This document shows positions 42,353 through 51,760 of a stretch of DNA of 60,054 nucleotides, in pieces. A program made the position numbers and the translations under genes. Location: the NCBI GenBank assembly GCA_038225245.1, contig JBBREX010000001.1, positions 1 through 60,054 on the forward strand, written 5' to 3'. Origin of the DNA: Fimbriimonadales bacterium. Its GTDB lineage: Bacteria; Armatimonadota; Fimbriimonadia; Fimbriimonadales; Fimbriimonadaceae. Position 1 is the stretch's first letter. Each line of letters opens with the position of its first letter. The notes beneath the pieces are model-generated. The model did no database searches. It saw only the letters and a list, made by a program, of their open reading frames with translations, and was not told the DNA's origin.

Positions 42353-43483
42353 CTAAACTTTCAGCCTGAAGAAGAGATATTCGACGAGCTTCATCAAGTA
42401 CGCAAGGAGCACGAACATGAGGCAAACCAGCATGACTTCCTTGAACACTCCAAGGCTGTCGAAATCTGCGCCGGCGAGGGGTTTTCCGTCGGGTCCAAGC
42501 TTTTGCCCGTTCGCGTCGAGCACCGGTTGCTCCGTGCTATAGGTGAGTTTTTGAACGGTGGTGTCGGCGCGTTCGAGGACTCCTCCGAGCGCGTTCTTGA
42601 GGGGCTCTCGGCCAAAGAAATAGGTTCCGCCAATTCCCACAATGATAACAGGCAAGGCTAGCTTATATTTGTGTTTTTGGTGCTCGTTGTAGATAACGCA
42701 CTGCCGGCAACGTTCAGCCTTTTGTTCCGGGTTGAGCTTGCTATTGCGCGGAATATATTTAGCGGCGGCCACCATGTCGCGAGGAATAACCTTCCCCTCC
42801 ATCGCGTTTCGGATGACCTCCTCCTCGCACATGCATCCAACTCGCTCCTTCCAGCAAGTTCGTTTTGAATGATAAATCGGGCATTTTTCGCGGACAAACT
42901 TGCGGCAAAATGGAAGCTGCCAACACTTGCCCATGAACACATTTTGAATGTCGCGTTCTTCCTTGATCCCCTTACCGTACTTGAGCTGGTCGGCTTTCGA
43001 ACCTTGGCGGACCCGAAGCTGAATCTTGCCTACGAGGTCGATCGCAATGCCCACGATGGAGATCGCGCCCGCGATGAGCCCTCCCATTTGAAGGGTTTGG
43101 AGGGCAGCGCTGGTAACGTTCGCATTGCCGGAACTGGTACCAGCCATAGCGGGGAGATAATAGGGAGCGGCAAAGAGTAGGGCCGCCCCGATGAGTTGCA
43201 AGACGCCAAGGGAATCTTCCCCCCAAAACAGGTAGGTGGTCGAAATTGCCAGTACTGCTGCCCCTGCAATAAGGAGCTTCTTAAAGGTTTCGATGTTGGC
43301 AAGAGCGTCGCTTGCGGGCGCAGTCGTATTTCCGTTGAATACGAAAAATGTATAAAAGAGAAAAATTGCGCAAATGAAGGTTGCTGCTCCGGAAATGAGC
43401 ATGGTGAAGCGCGCAATTCCATCGAGGAGTTTGCTCTCGCCGGGAGCCTCTACGTTGTAGTTGGGTACTGGATTTTTGACCAT
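42353..43483 (-). CDS. Uncharacterised polytopic membrane protein with a cytoplasmic 8-Cys cluster
   Basis: It has about 4 N-terminal TM helices. These are followed by KCWQLPFCRKFVREKCPIYHSKRTCWKERVGCMCEEE ... RCRQCVIYNEH, and then 2 more TM helices. Confidence 0.7.
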   Translation of the reverse strand: MVKNPVPNYNVEAPGESKLLDGIARFTMLISGAATFICAIFLFYTFFVFNGNTTAPASDALANIETFKKLLIAGAAVLAISTTYLFWGEDSLGVLQLIGAALLFAAPYYLPAMAGTSSGNANVTSAALQTLQMGGLIAGAISIVGIAIDLVGKIQLRVRQGSKADQLKYGKGIKEERDIQNVFMGKCWQLPFCRKFVREKCPIYHSKRTCWKERVGCMCEEEVIRNAMEGKVIPRDMVAAAKYIPRNSKLNPEQKAERCRQCVIYNEHQKHKYKLALPVIIVGIGGTYFFGREPLKNALGGVLERADTTVQKLTYSTEQPVLDANGQKLGPDGKPLAGADFDSLGVFKEVMLVCLMFVLLAYLMKLVEYLFFRLKV

Positions 43484-43488
43484 GAGGT

Positions 43489-44058
43489 CTACTTTTTGTT
43501 GACGCGTTCGAGATATTCGTCGCTGCGGGTGTCCACCTTAATGATCTCTCCCTCTTTGATATGGAAAGGAACCTGGACAAGGGCTCCTGTTTCTAACTTC
43601 GCGGTCTTGGTGCTTCCGCTCACGGTGTCGCCCTTATAGCCCGGATCGGTTTCCACAACGGCCAATTCGACAAAGTTGGGTAACTCGTACCCAATCGCTT
43701 CTCCATCGACCACGAACGCCAACATCTCACTTTCCTCTTTGAGATATTTCGCCTGGGAGCCGAGGACTTCTTCACGAACATGGACCTGCTCATAGGTGTC
43801 CAAATCCATGAGTACTAGTTCATCGGCCTGCCGGTATAGGAACTGCATCTTGTTCTTTTCAATGAAGGCGGGCTCCACCTTCTCACCCGACCGAAAAGTT
43901 TTCTCGAGAATTGCGCCGGTGCGCAACCTTTTCAGACGGGTACGCACGAATGCTCCGCCCTTCCCGGGCTTCACATGCTGGAATTCGGTAATGGTATACA
44001 CCTCGCCATCGAGATACATTGCCATGCCATTGCGAAAATCGCTGGTGTCTACTGCCAA
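43489..44058 (-). CDS. efp: Elongation factor P
   Basis: DTSDFRNGMAMYLDGEVYTITEFQHVKPGKGGAFVRTRLK is present. A TTG start at 44058 gives 189 aa; the ORF is open to 44106. Confidence 0.9.
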   Translation of the reverse strand: MAVDTSDFRNGMAMYLDGEVYTITEFQHVKPGKGGAFVRTRLKRLRTGAILEKTFRSGEKVEPAFIEKNKMQFLYRQADELVLMDLDTYEQVHVREEVLGSQAKYLKEESEMLAFVVDGEAIGYELPNFVELAVVETDPGYKGDTVSGSTKTAKLETGALVQVPFHIKEGEIIKVDTRSDEYLERVNKK

Positions 44059-44092
44059 CTTAGCTCTATGGTAGCACAGGCCCCTTGCTTCT

Positions 44093-45037
44093 TTAAGGCG
44101 TAACACGCTCGACTTTCACGGATGACAGAAGCTGCCTCACCTGAGGGCCACGAGCGATTTCGCACCCATCCGTCATCGCGGTGGCGGCGCCTGCGGCCAA
44201 GCCTTGGCGAAAGGCATCTACGATGGTTTGTCCCTGTTCGAGAGCAGCTAACATTCCCCCGATGAGTGAGTCGCCGCTTCCAATGGTGCTTCTTACTTCA
44301 ACCGCGGGAGATTTCCCCATGAATAACCCTTCTTCACATGCCATCACGGCGCCCTCCGCTCCTCGGCTGATGAGCGCGATATTCTTGCCTTCTAAAAATT
44401 CTTCACGTAGACGAACCGTTGCCGCCAAGCATTGTTGATCGGTGCGGCAAGGCTGACCCAGCAGTCGCTCGGCTTCCTTAGTGTTTGGCTTGATAAGATC
44501 GGGCTTCGCTTCTAGGCCAAGCCGTAAAGCCTCTCCGTCGGCGTCCAGGACGACGCGGCATCCAAGCTCCTTGGCCAAGTCTCCCAATATCCGAAACGCG
44601 TCTGAAGGCGCTTCGGGGGGAAGCGAGCCGCCCATTGCTACCCAGCGGCACCGACGCGCCGGCCGCCGAACTCGTTCCACAAGTCGATCCCATTCGCCTG
44701 CAGAAATCGACGGTCCTTGTTGATTGAAGGTCGTGGGGGGAGAATGGGAGTCATCTTCGACGCTGAAATTAATCCGAGTTTCTCCTTTGATCTCGATAAA
44801 GTCATGAACGACCCCTTGGAGTTCGAGCGCGCCCCGTATATAAGCTCCAAGACCTCCTCCCAAGAACCCCATGGCTTTCGATCGAGCGCCCAACTCCACT
44901 GCGACCCGGGAGAGATTGATCCCCTTTCCGCCCGCGTCGGTCTCGGTTCGAAGCACCCGGTTGGTATCCCCCATTAAGAGCTTGTCGACGAACAGTGCTT
45001 GATCGACGCTAGGGTTCAGGGTTATGGTAAGAATCAT
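44093..45037 (-). CDS. 1-phosphofructokinase / tagatose-6-P kinase family (PfkB-type) hexose kinase
   Basis: ILTITLNPSVDQ..., DAGGKGINLSR and the C-terminal GSGDSLIGG are present. Confidence 0.85.
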   Translation of the reverse strand: MILTITLNPSVDQALFVDKLLMGDTNRVLRTETDAGGKGINLSRVAVELGARSKAMGFLGGGLGAYIRGALELQGVVHDFIEIKGETRINFSVEDDSHSPPTTFNQQGPSISAGEWDRLVERVRRPARRCRWVAMGGSLPPEAPSDAFRILGDLAKELGCRVVLDADGEALRLGLEAKPDLIKPNTKEAERLLGQPCRTDQQCLAATVRLREEFLEGKNIALISRGAEGAVMACEEGLFMGKSPAVEVRSTIGSGDSLIGGMLAALEQGQTIVDAFRQGLAAGAATAMTDGCEIARGPQVRQLLSSVKVERVTP

Positions 45038-45043
45038 TCGAGT

Positions 45044-46006
45044 CTACTGAGCCATGACCTCGACGAGAAGGAGCTTTTCCGGATCGACGGTTCTCTCCGT
45101 GCTCAACACGTAGCTCAGTGGATGGGTCACGAGATTGCCTCCGTCGATGCCCACCATCTCTCCCTTAAATCCGCTGAGCAACCGATTCGCGGCGAGCGCC
45201 CCAAGACGGAGCGCGAGGACTCGGTCGAACGCGGTAGGACTTCCCCCACGCTGCATGTGGCCTAGAACGAGATAGCGTGCTTCGAATCCGGTGTTTTTCT
45301 GAATAAATTCCTTGATATCGCTTGCTCTGGCCGCTCCTTCGGCAACGATGATGATGCTGCTGCGCTTCCCTTTCTGCCTCATGCTTCGCAAGTTGTCGCA
45401 TATTTCCAAGATCGAATAGGGAACTTCGGGGATCAAAGCAGCCTCTGCACCACCTGCCAAAGCCACCTCGAGGGCGATAAAGCCATTGCGCCGGCCCATC
45501 ACTTCGATGACGAATACCCGCTCGTGGGAGTAGGCAGTATCGCGCACTTTATCGATGGCCGCCAATGCGGTATTCACGGCGGTGTCGAAACCGATCGAAA
45601 AATCGGTTCCCGAAATATCGTTATCGATGCTACCGGGGACCCCTACCACGGGAAAATCGAATTCCTCGAACAGTGCGCGTGCGCCCGTAAGTGACCCATC
45701 CCCTCCAACGACCACCAGGCCGTCGATCTCGTTTTCTTGAAGCGTGTCCAGTGCCTGGAGACGGCCCTCCTGGGTCATGAACTCCTTGCTTCGTGCGGTG
45801 CGTAGAATCGTCCCGCCGTGGGTTATGATTCCACCCACGGACTTGGAATCAAGGTCCATGGTCTCGTTTGAGATGACTCCTCGATAGCCGTGCAGAAATC
45901 CGGTGACCTTTGCACCCCTCCCGATAGCCGCTCGCACAGCCCCTCGGATAGCGGCATTCATGCCCGGGGAGTCGCCGCCGCTTGTGATGATAGCAATCTT
46001 GTTCAA
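45044..46006 (-). CDS. pfkA: ATP-dependent 6-phosphofructokinase
   Basis: IAIITSGGDSPGMNAAIRG, GGDGS, PGSIDND and MGRRNG are present. Confidence 0.9.
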   Translation of the reverse strand: MNKIAIITSGGDSPGMNAAIRGAVRAAIGRGAKVTGFLHGYRGVISNETMDLDSKSVGGIITHGGTILRTARSKEFMTQEGRLQALDTLQENEIDGLVVVGGDGSLTGARALFEEFDFPVVGVPGSIDNDISGTDFSIGFDTAVNTALAAIDKVRDTAYSHERVFVIEVMGRRNGFIALEVALAGGAEAALIPEVPYSILEICDNLRSMRQKGKRSSIIIVAEGAARASDIKEFIQKNTGFEARYLVLGHMQRGGSPTAFDRVLALRLGALAANRLLSGFKGEMVGIDGGNLVTHPLSYVLSTERTVDPEKLLLVEVMAQ

Positions 46007-46295
46007 GCGTAAATTCTCGCGATCATTGGCTCGCGGTTTCCTTCAACGTTGGGACGATGAAGCTAAGGATAATTTGGCGCGCTACGGTCTGATCCAATCG
46101 GTATTTTTCGCGATACGGGCAACTCCATTGAACTTGGTGAGGCTTTCTTGCTCAAACAATAACAAGAGAAAATACCATGATATTGGAATTATTCTTGGTT
46201 AAAAGGTGTCTGTATATGTGGCAGACGACAGCCGAGCGAATTTAAAAGCGCGAGGCAAGAAGTCGAAGCTAAGAGACATACACAACGTTCCCCTT

Positions 46296-46340
46296 GAGGA
46301 ATGCGACTCTCCCTCCTCTCCCGTCGCATTCCTCTTTTTT
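46296..46340 (+). terminator. Strong intrinsic-terminator-like hairpin: 12-bp perfect stem, 15-nt pyrimidine loop, T6
   Basis: GAGGAATGCGAC - tctccctcctctccc - GTCGCATTCCTC - TTTTTT, read directly. It is plus-strand oriented and lies 32 nt upstream of ATG 46373. No annotated plus-strand gene lies upstream. Confidence 0.6.
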
Positions 46341-46372
46341 GAATCCCCAAAACCCTGCGGTACACTCAATCC

Positions 46373-46789
46373 ATGGCCGAGTTCGAAAGCGACACGATCC
46401 GTCAAGCGCTGCGGACCGCTCGAGAATACGGATTTACGAGTCTCAAACTTCGTTTTGGCGAACACTACTTCGAAGCGGACTTGTCCCAAGCTACCCACGC
46501 CAATTCTCCTTCGGTTAGAGCAGATTTTCGCGAACAAGCCCCACTGCCGGACGAAACGGAATTCTTTGAGGTCCGAGCCCCCGCGGTTGGCTATTTTCGT
46601 GCGGCGGCAACGCCAGTCACTCTCGGAGACGAAGTCGAGGAGGACTCCGTCATTGGCGCCGTAATGGCTCTAGGTCTTGCTAACGACATAACCTCCTCGC
46701 AATCGGGAGTCATTAAGGAAATGTGCGTGGAAGCAGGGCAGCCAGTCCAGTTCGGCCAGACGGTCGCCCGCATCAAGAGGCACTTATGA
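46373..46789 (+). CDS. Biotin carboxyl carrier protein (BCCP)-like biotinyl/lipoyl-domain protein lacking the biotinyl-lysine
   Basis: ..VRAPAVGYFR.....V.LGDEVEEDSVIGAVMALGLANDITSSQSGVIKEMCVEAGQPVQFGQTV aligns with canonical BCCP. The E-A-M-K-(L/M)-M-N hairpin reads V-M-A-L-G-L-A-N. It sits in the usual accB position upstream of accC. Confidence 0.75.
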   Translation: MAEFESDTIRQALRTAREYGFTSLKLRFGEHYFEADLSQATHANSPSVRADFREQAPLPDETEFFEVRAPAVGYFRAAATPVTLGDEVEEDSVIGAVMALGLANDITSSQSGVIKEMCVEAGQPVQFGQTVARIKRHL

Positions 46790-47160
46790 ACCACAAAATA
46801 TCCGGCCAGGGCCTCATCGGAACCTTGATCGCAGTTGCTCTATTGCTCGTTCTAACATTGGTCTTCCTGAATGGGTTTGGGCTTGCAGGCAAGAATCAAA
46901 GGAAAGATAAAGTCGGCGAAACTATTGTTGGCCAATCGATTGCTCGAGCAAAGGATGAAAAATGCATGGCTCAGCTTTCTCAGTTGAGGCAATCCATTGA
47001 AATCAACACGGATTCGGTCGAAGGTGGAAAGCCTCAATCCCTACAAGACACGAAACTTGGAAGCGACTTCTACAAATGCCCAATCGGCGGAGAGCCTTAT
47101 CAATATGACGCCGCCACCGGTAAGGTACGGTGCGTACATCCGGGACACGAGAAGTATTAA
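46786..47160 (+). CDS. Small membrane-anchored pseudopilin/ComGC-like protein (no canonical prepilin G-F-T-L-x-E site)
   Basis: The N-terminal helix is GLIGTLIAVALLLVLTLVFL. The C-terminus (CPIGGEPYQYDAATGKVRCVHPGH) resembles pseudopilin C-termini. The start is an ATGA overlap with the upstream stop. Confidence 0.6.
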   Translation: MNHKISGQGLIGTLIAVALLLVLTLVFLNGFGLAGKNQRKDKVGETIVGQSIARAKDEKCMAQLSQLRQSIEINTDSVEGGKPQSLQDTKLGSDFYKCPIGGEPYQYDAATGKVRCVHPGHEKY

Positions 47161-47174
47161 GCGGCGGGCCGGTC

Positions 47175-48536
47175 ATGTTTGAAAAGATTTTGGTCGCTAA
47201 TCGGGGGGAAATCGCTTGCCGAATCATTCGCGCGTGTCGAGAGTTGGAGATACCGTCGGTGGCGGTCTATTCTCAAGCCGATGGAGACAGCCTACATGTG
47301 CAGATGGCTGATGAATCTATCTGCATCGGTCAAGGGAGCAACGCGGACAGCTATCTCAACCTTGCCAATGTCTTAATGGCGGCGGAAATTTCCGGCGCAG
47401 ACGCATTGCACCCCGGCTACGGATACTTTAGCGAACGAGCTAATTTCGCAGAAGCCCTTGCTCTTCAAGGAATCAAGTTCATTGGTCCATCGGTCGCGGC
47501 AATCGAGGCCATGGGGGATAAAGCTCTCGCCAAGCGCACCGCAATCGGGGCCGGATGCCCCGTTATTCCGGGTTCTGACGGCGAGGTTGTAAGCGACGCG
47601 GAAGCCTTGAAGATTGCCGACTCGATCGGCTATCCAGTCCTTCTCAAGGCAGTCGCGGGGGGAGGCGGCCGGGGTATTCGACGCGTTGATACGACCGACG
47701 ATCTTTCACGCCAGTGGAAGACCGCTCAAGCAGAAGCGCAATCCAGCTTCGGAAGTGGAGCTCTGCTGGTTGAAAAGTGCGTCGAGCACCCAAAGCACGT
47801 AGAGATTCAGATTTTTGGGGATGAACATGGCAACATCGTCCACCTGGGCGAGCGAGAGTGCTCGGTGCAAAATTTGCGCCACCAGAAAATCGTGGAAGAA
47901 GCGCCTTGCTCAACCCTTACCTCGGCCCTACGAGAAAGAATGGGGGAATCGGCAGTGCAGATTGCCCGATCGGTTGGCTATACCAATGCGGGAACCGTGG
48001 AATTTCTCTTAGATGGCGAAAGCAATTTTTATTTTCTGGAAATGAACACCCGCCTTCAGGTCGAGCATCCCATCACTGAAGAAGTTACCGGGATTGATCT
48101 GGTCCAGCTTCAAATTCGGATTGCCAACGGGGAGCAATTGAATTTTGGGCAAGGAGATCTCCGAATCGAAGGGCATGCCATCGAGGCAAGAATAACAGCC
48201 CAAGATCCGGATCGAGATTTCGCCCCAAGCACGGGAGTTATCAGTCGTTGGAATCCACCGGGCGGGCGGGGAGTTCGACTGGATACCTACGTTTATGCAG
48301 GAATTCCGATCACACCTTTTTACGATCCGATGATCGCAAAGTTGATCGTGCGGGGGTCCGATCGGTGGGAAGCAGTCAAGAAACTTCGTTCCGCACTTCA
48401 CGAGTTTGAAGTCCAAGGAATCGCCACAAACATCCCCTTCTTGCGGCGTCTTGTACACCACAAGGATTTTGAATCGGGAAATGTGGACACTTCATTCGTC
48501 CCCAGATTCCTGCGAGAGGACGCCGTTGAGGTCTGA
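47175..48536 (+). CDS. accC: Acetyl-CoA carboxylase biotin carboxylase subunit
   Basis: MFEKILVANRGEIACRIIRACRELEI, the ATP-grasp motifs and EMNTRLQVEHPITE are present. Confidence 0.95.
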   Translation: MFEKILVANRGEIACRIIRACRELEIPSVAVYSQADGDSLHVQMADESICIGQGSNADSYLNLANVLMAAEISGADALHPGYGYFSERANFAEALALQGIKFIGPSVAAIEAMGDKALAKRTAIGAGCPVIPGSDGEVVSDAEALKIADSIGYPVLLKAVAGGGGRGIRRVDTTDDLSRQWKTAQAEAQSSFGSGALLVEKCVEHPKHVEIQIFGDEHGNIVHLGERECSVQNLRHQKIVEEAPCSTLTSALRERMGESAVQIARSVGYTNAGTVEFLLDGESNFYFLEMNTRLQVEHPITEEVTGIDLVQLQIRIANGEQLNFGQGDLRIEGHAIEARITAQDPDRDFAPSTGVISRWNPPGGRGVRLDTYVYAGIPITPFYDPMIAKLIVRGSDRWEAVKKLRSALHEFEVQGIATNIPFLRRLVHHKDFESGNVDTSFVPRFLREDAVEV

Positions 48537-49113
48537 AATCGCATCAATTCGAGCACCCGGATCTCGAAGAGAGGCTCGCGAAGCGGCCTTAAAGGCGCTG
48601 TATGAGGTCGAAATCGCTCACACGGTTTGCTCTGAAGCTCTTGCCAATGTGCTTGCCGATAGCCCACTCGAGCCCGAGTCGGCTCAATTCGCGACCGCAC
48701 TTTTGGAAGGGGTTACGCAAAATGTGGCCCACCTCGACTCCCAGATTGAGTCATTGCTTGCCAAGGATTGGAAACTAGGCCGCCTTGCCACCATCGACAA
48801 ACTCGTTCTGAGGATTGCTGCTTACGAGCTCTTCTTTCTGCCGGAAATGCCGCCCAAAGTATCGATCAGCCAGGCCGTGGTAATCGCAAAGCGATATGGT
48901 TCTGCGGAGAGCGGCAAATTTGTGAACGGGGTGCTCGGAAGTATGCTTCCCCGCTCGCCAAAAGCCAGCTGGAACTCCGCCCCAGGCCAAGAAGGGCTTT
49001 CGGAAGAGAGTGAAATGATCGATGAATTGCCGGCCGAAGCGATCTTAGAAGGTTCGATGGAGCATGAAGAACTCAGAAAGGCCGGCCCTTGGACCATTCG
49101 GTCCCAACCATGA
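48526..49113 (+). CDS. nusB: Transcription antitermination factor NusB with a C-terminal extension
   Basis: SRREAREAALKALYEVEI.. and ..AVVIAKRYGSAESGKFVNGVLG.. are present. The start is tentative (TTG 48526, overlapping the accC end). Confidence 0.8.
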   Translation: MRSEIASIRAPGSRREAREAALKALYEVEIAHTVCSEALANVLADSPLEPESAQFATALLEGVTQNVAHLDSQIESLLAKDWKLGRLATIDKLVLRIAAYELFFLPEMPPKVSISQAVVIAKRYGSAESGKFVNGVLGSMLPRSPKASWNSAPGQEGLSEESEMIDELPAEAILEGSMEHEELRKAGPWTIRSQP

Positions 49114-49967
49114 GCGCGCAAATCCTCGATGGGCTTGCGATATCCAAAAAGATTCGAGAGAGCCTTGTTCCCAGGGTTCAAAGCTTGCGGGCGCGTGGCG
49201 TTATCCCTCGGCTCGACGTACTCGTCGCTGCCCAAGACCCAGCGAGTCTAGCGTACGTTCGCATGAAGAGGCGATGGGCCGCGCAAGCCGGTATCGAGGG
49301 CGAATCGTACGAAATCAGTGGTAAGACGACTCAGCAAGAACTGCTCGAACTCATCGCCTCGCTCAACTCAAATTCGAGTATTCATGGAGTTCTCGTCCAA
49401 CACCCTATGCCACCGCATCTCGACGAACGGGCCGCCCTATGGGCTCTTGGTTCAGAGAAAGACGTTGATGGCATCACGCCGCAATCCTTGGGACGATTGG
49501 CTTCTGACCTAGCCGGTTTCCAGTGCGCCACTCCTCTTGGCATGCTCAAGCTTCTTGATGAATACGCCATTTCGGTGGAGGGAAAGCAAGCTTTGGTAAT
49601 CGGCCGGAGCGTGATCCTTGGCAAACCTGCCGCTCTCATGCTCCTCCAACGCAATGCGACGGTAACCATCGCTCATTCGCGCTCGGTCAATCTCCCAGAG
49701 TTGTGCGGCGCCGCCGATATCTTGGTGGCAGCGGTCGGAAAGGCTGAGCTGATTCGAGGCGAATGGCTGAAACAGGGGGCTGTCGTTCTGGACGCTGGAT
49801 ATAACAAAGTGCTTGGGCGTGACCGCGACGTGGGTGACGTCCATTTCCCGTCGGCTTTTGAGAAATCGGCTTGGCTCACTCCCGTTCCGGGGGGAGTTGG
49901 TCCCATGACGGTAGCATCGCTTCTTTGCAATGCCGTCGACGCCGCCGAGCAGAATGCTTCAGCATAA
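49110..49967 (+). CDS. folD: Bifunctional methylene-THF dehydrogenase / methenyl-THF cyclohydrolase
   Basis: ILDGLAISKKIRE.., ..YVRMKRR.., ..GRSVILGKP.. and PVPGGVGPMT are present. There is an ATGA overlap with nusB. Confidence 0.95.
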   Translation: MSAQILDGLAISKKIRESLVPRVQSLRARGVIPRLDVLVAAQDPASLAYVRMKRRWAAQAGIEGESYEISGKTTQQELLELIASLNSNSSIHGVLVQHPMPPHLDERAALWALGSEKDVDGITPQSLGRLASDLAGFQCATPLGMLKLLDEYAISVEGKQALVIGRSVILGKPAALMLLQRNATVTIAHSRSVNLPELCGAADILVAAVGKAELIRGEWLKQGAVVLDAGYNKVLGRDRDVGDVHFPSAFEKSAWLTPVPGGVGPMTVASLLCNAVDAAEQNASA

Positions 49968-50045
49968 ACATCGAAAAGAACCGGCGAACTGATTGCCCGC
50001 TTTGACTCCGTCTAATCGATGGCAATACGCCAAAGGAGAACCAAC

Positions 50046-50261
50046 ATGAACTGGGACGTTATTAAAGGAAAATGGGGCCAGCTTAAGGGCAAAGCGCGCG
50101 AAGAGTGGGCTGATTTGACTGACGACGACTATGACAAGATCGGTGGCCAAAAAGATCAGCTAATTGGAAAGCTACAAGAGCGCTATGGTTATGCACGAGA
50201 CGACGCAGAACGGCGGGTGGACACCTGGGCGTCACGGCATGCGGGACCGGGCACCGTCTAG
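50046..50261 (+). CDS. CsbD-family general-stress protein
   Basis: MNWDVIKGKWGQLKGKAREEWADLTDDDYDKIGGQKDQLIGKLQERYGY is present. Confidence 0.85.
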   Translation: MNWDVIKGKWGQLKGKAREEWADLTDDDYDKIGGQKDQLIGKLQERYGYARDDAERRVDTWASRHAGPGTV

Positions 50262-50274
50262 CTGATTGAGGCTC

Positions 50275-51663
50275 CTAGACCGTAGCTCTCGTCTTCTGGA
50301 CGACACTATCGAGGAAGAGACTGTTGTTTGGGGTGCGCTTGAGCAGCTTAATAAGCGAATCGGTCGCTTCCACTGAATTCTGTTGATTGGCGAGCAATCG
50401 GTGGAGTTGCACGACTCCCTCGAGTTGATCGCGATCGAATAGCTTTTCTTCGTGGCGCGTAGAGGAACGCTTAACATCGATCGCGGGCCAAATTCGGCGC
50501 TCGGCAAGGTCTCGGTCGAGCACGATTTCCATATTTCCGGTGCCTTTGAATTCCTCGAAAATGGCATCGTCCATCCGCGAGCCGGTATCCACAAGTGCGG
50601 TGGCAATGATCGTCAGAGACCCGCCTTCTTCAATGTTGCGCGCCGCGCCGAAGAACCTTCGAGGCCGATAAAGGGCGGCCGGATCGAGACCTCCCGAGAG
50701 AGTACGTCCCGACGGATTGATGGTGAGGTTCGAAGCACGCGAAAAGCGCGTGATCGAGTCCAACAAAATAACGACATCTCGGCCCGCTTCCACGAGCCGT
50801 TTTGCCTGCTCTAAGCAAAGATCGGCCACACGCATATGGTTTTCTGCGGGTTCGTCGAAAGTCGAGCTGATTACTTGACCCTTTACGAACCGCTTCATAT
50901 CGGTAACTTCTTCCGGCCGCTCGTCGACCAGAAGAACCATCAAGTAAACGTCGGGGTGGTTGATCGCTACCGAATTCGCGATCGTCTTGATGATGGTCGT
51001 TTTGCCCGCTTTCGGCGGAGCCACGATCAAGCCCCGCTGACCTTTTCCAATCGGGGAAATAAGGTCGATAATTCGCGCCGGGATGTTATCCGGCTGCGTT
51101 TCCATTTTTATTTTTTCGTCCGGAAACAGTGGAGTGAGATGGTCGAATTCTCGTCGCACTTGCATTTCGGGAGAAGCCGTCCCCATCCCATTCACGCTTT
51201 CCACACGAAGCATTCCGCGGTACTTTTCCCCTTCTTTGGGCTGCCGGATTTGTCCAAACACGATATCGCCGGGGCGCAAGCCAAACCTTTTAGCTTGGGA
51301 TTGAGAGACATAGATGTCTTGAGGGGAAGGCTGATAGTTGTCTCGCCTTAGGAACCCCCATCCATCGTTCAAGACTTCGAGGATGCCCTTGCCATAAATA
51401 GCGTCATGCTCCTGGTTCGTCTGAATGAGGAGTTGCTCCAGAGCATCCGAGCGGGAACCTTCGAGGGGTATTTTGGCAGCCTTGCATGCTTTAGCCAATT
51501 CGGTGGCGGTCATTCGGTCGAATGCGTTGTAATCGACCTCGGGGAGCTGATCGAGATCGGATTGTTGATCAACGCGCGGGAGACCTCCCTCGCGCATCTT
51601 GCCTCGCTGACGGCGAAGGCCGGGCCCGCCATCAGACTTTCGTGGACGAAATGTGTGCGTCAT
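50275..51663 (-). CDS. rho: Transcription termination factor Rho (Arg-rich N-terminal extension)
   Basis: The Rho N-domain, the CSD-like RNA-binding region ([14 protein letters not shown]) and Walker A ([12 protein letters not shown]) are present. Confidence 0.95.
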   Translation of the reverse strand: MTHTFRPRKSDGGPGLRRQRGKMREGGLPRVDQQSDLDQLPEVDYNAFDRMTATELAKACKAAKIPLEGSRSDALEQLLIQTNQEHDAIYGKGILEVLNDGWGFLRRDNYQPSPQDIYVSQSQAKRFGLRPGDIVFGQIRQPKEGEKYRGMLRVESVNGMGTASPEMQVRREFDHLTPLFPDEKIKMETQPDNIPARIIDLISPIGKGQRGLIVAPPKAGKTTIIKTIANSVAINHPDVYLMVLLVDERPEEVTDMKRFVKGQVISSTFDEPAENHMRVADLCLEQAKRLVEAGRDVVILLDSITRFSRASNLTINPSGRTLSGGLDPAALYRPRRFFGAARNIEEGGSLTIIATALVDTGSRMDDAIFEEFKGTGNMEIVLDRDLAERRIWPAIDVKRSSTRHEEKLFDRDQLEGVVQLHRLLANQQNSVEATDSLIKLLKRTPNNSLFLDSVVQKTRATV

Positions 51664-51760
51664 GTCGCAACCTGCATAAGAAACATATAGTTTTAGAAGT
51701 TATTTGAAGAAGACCTAGGGAATGAGGCTTTGGACCCGCACATCGTAAAGTGCAACTATA

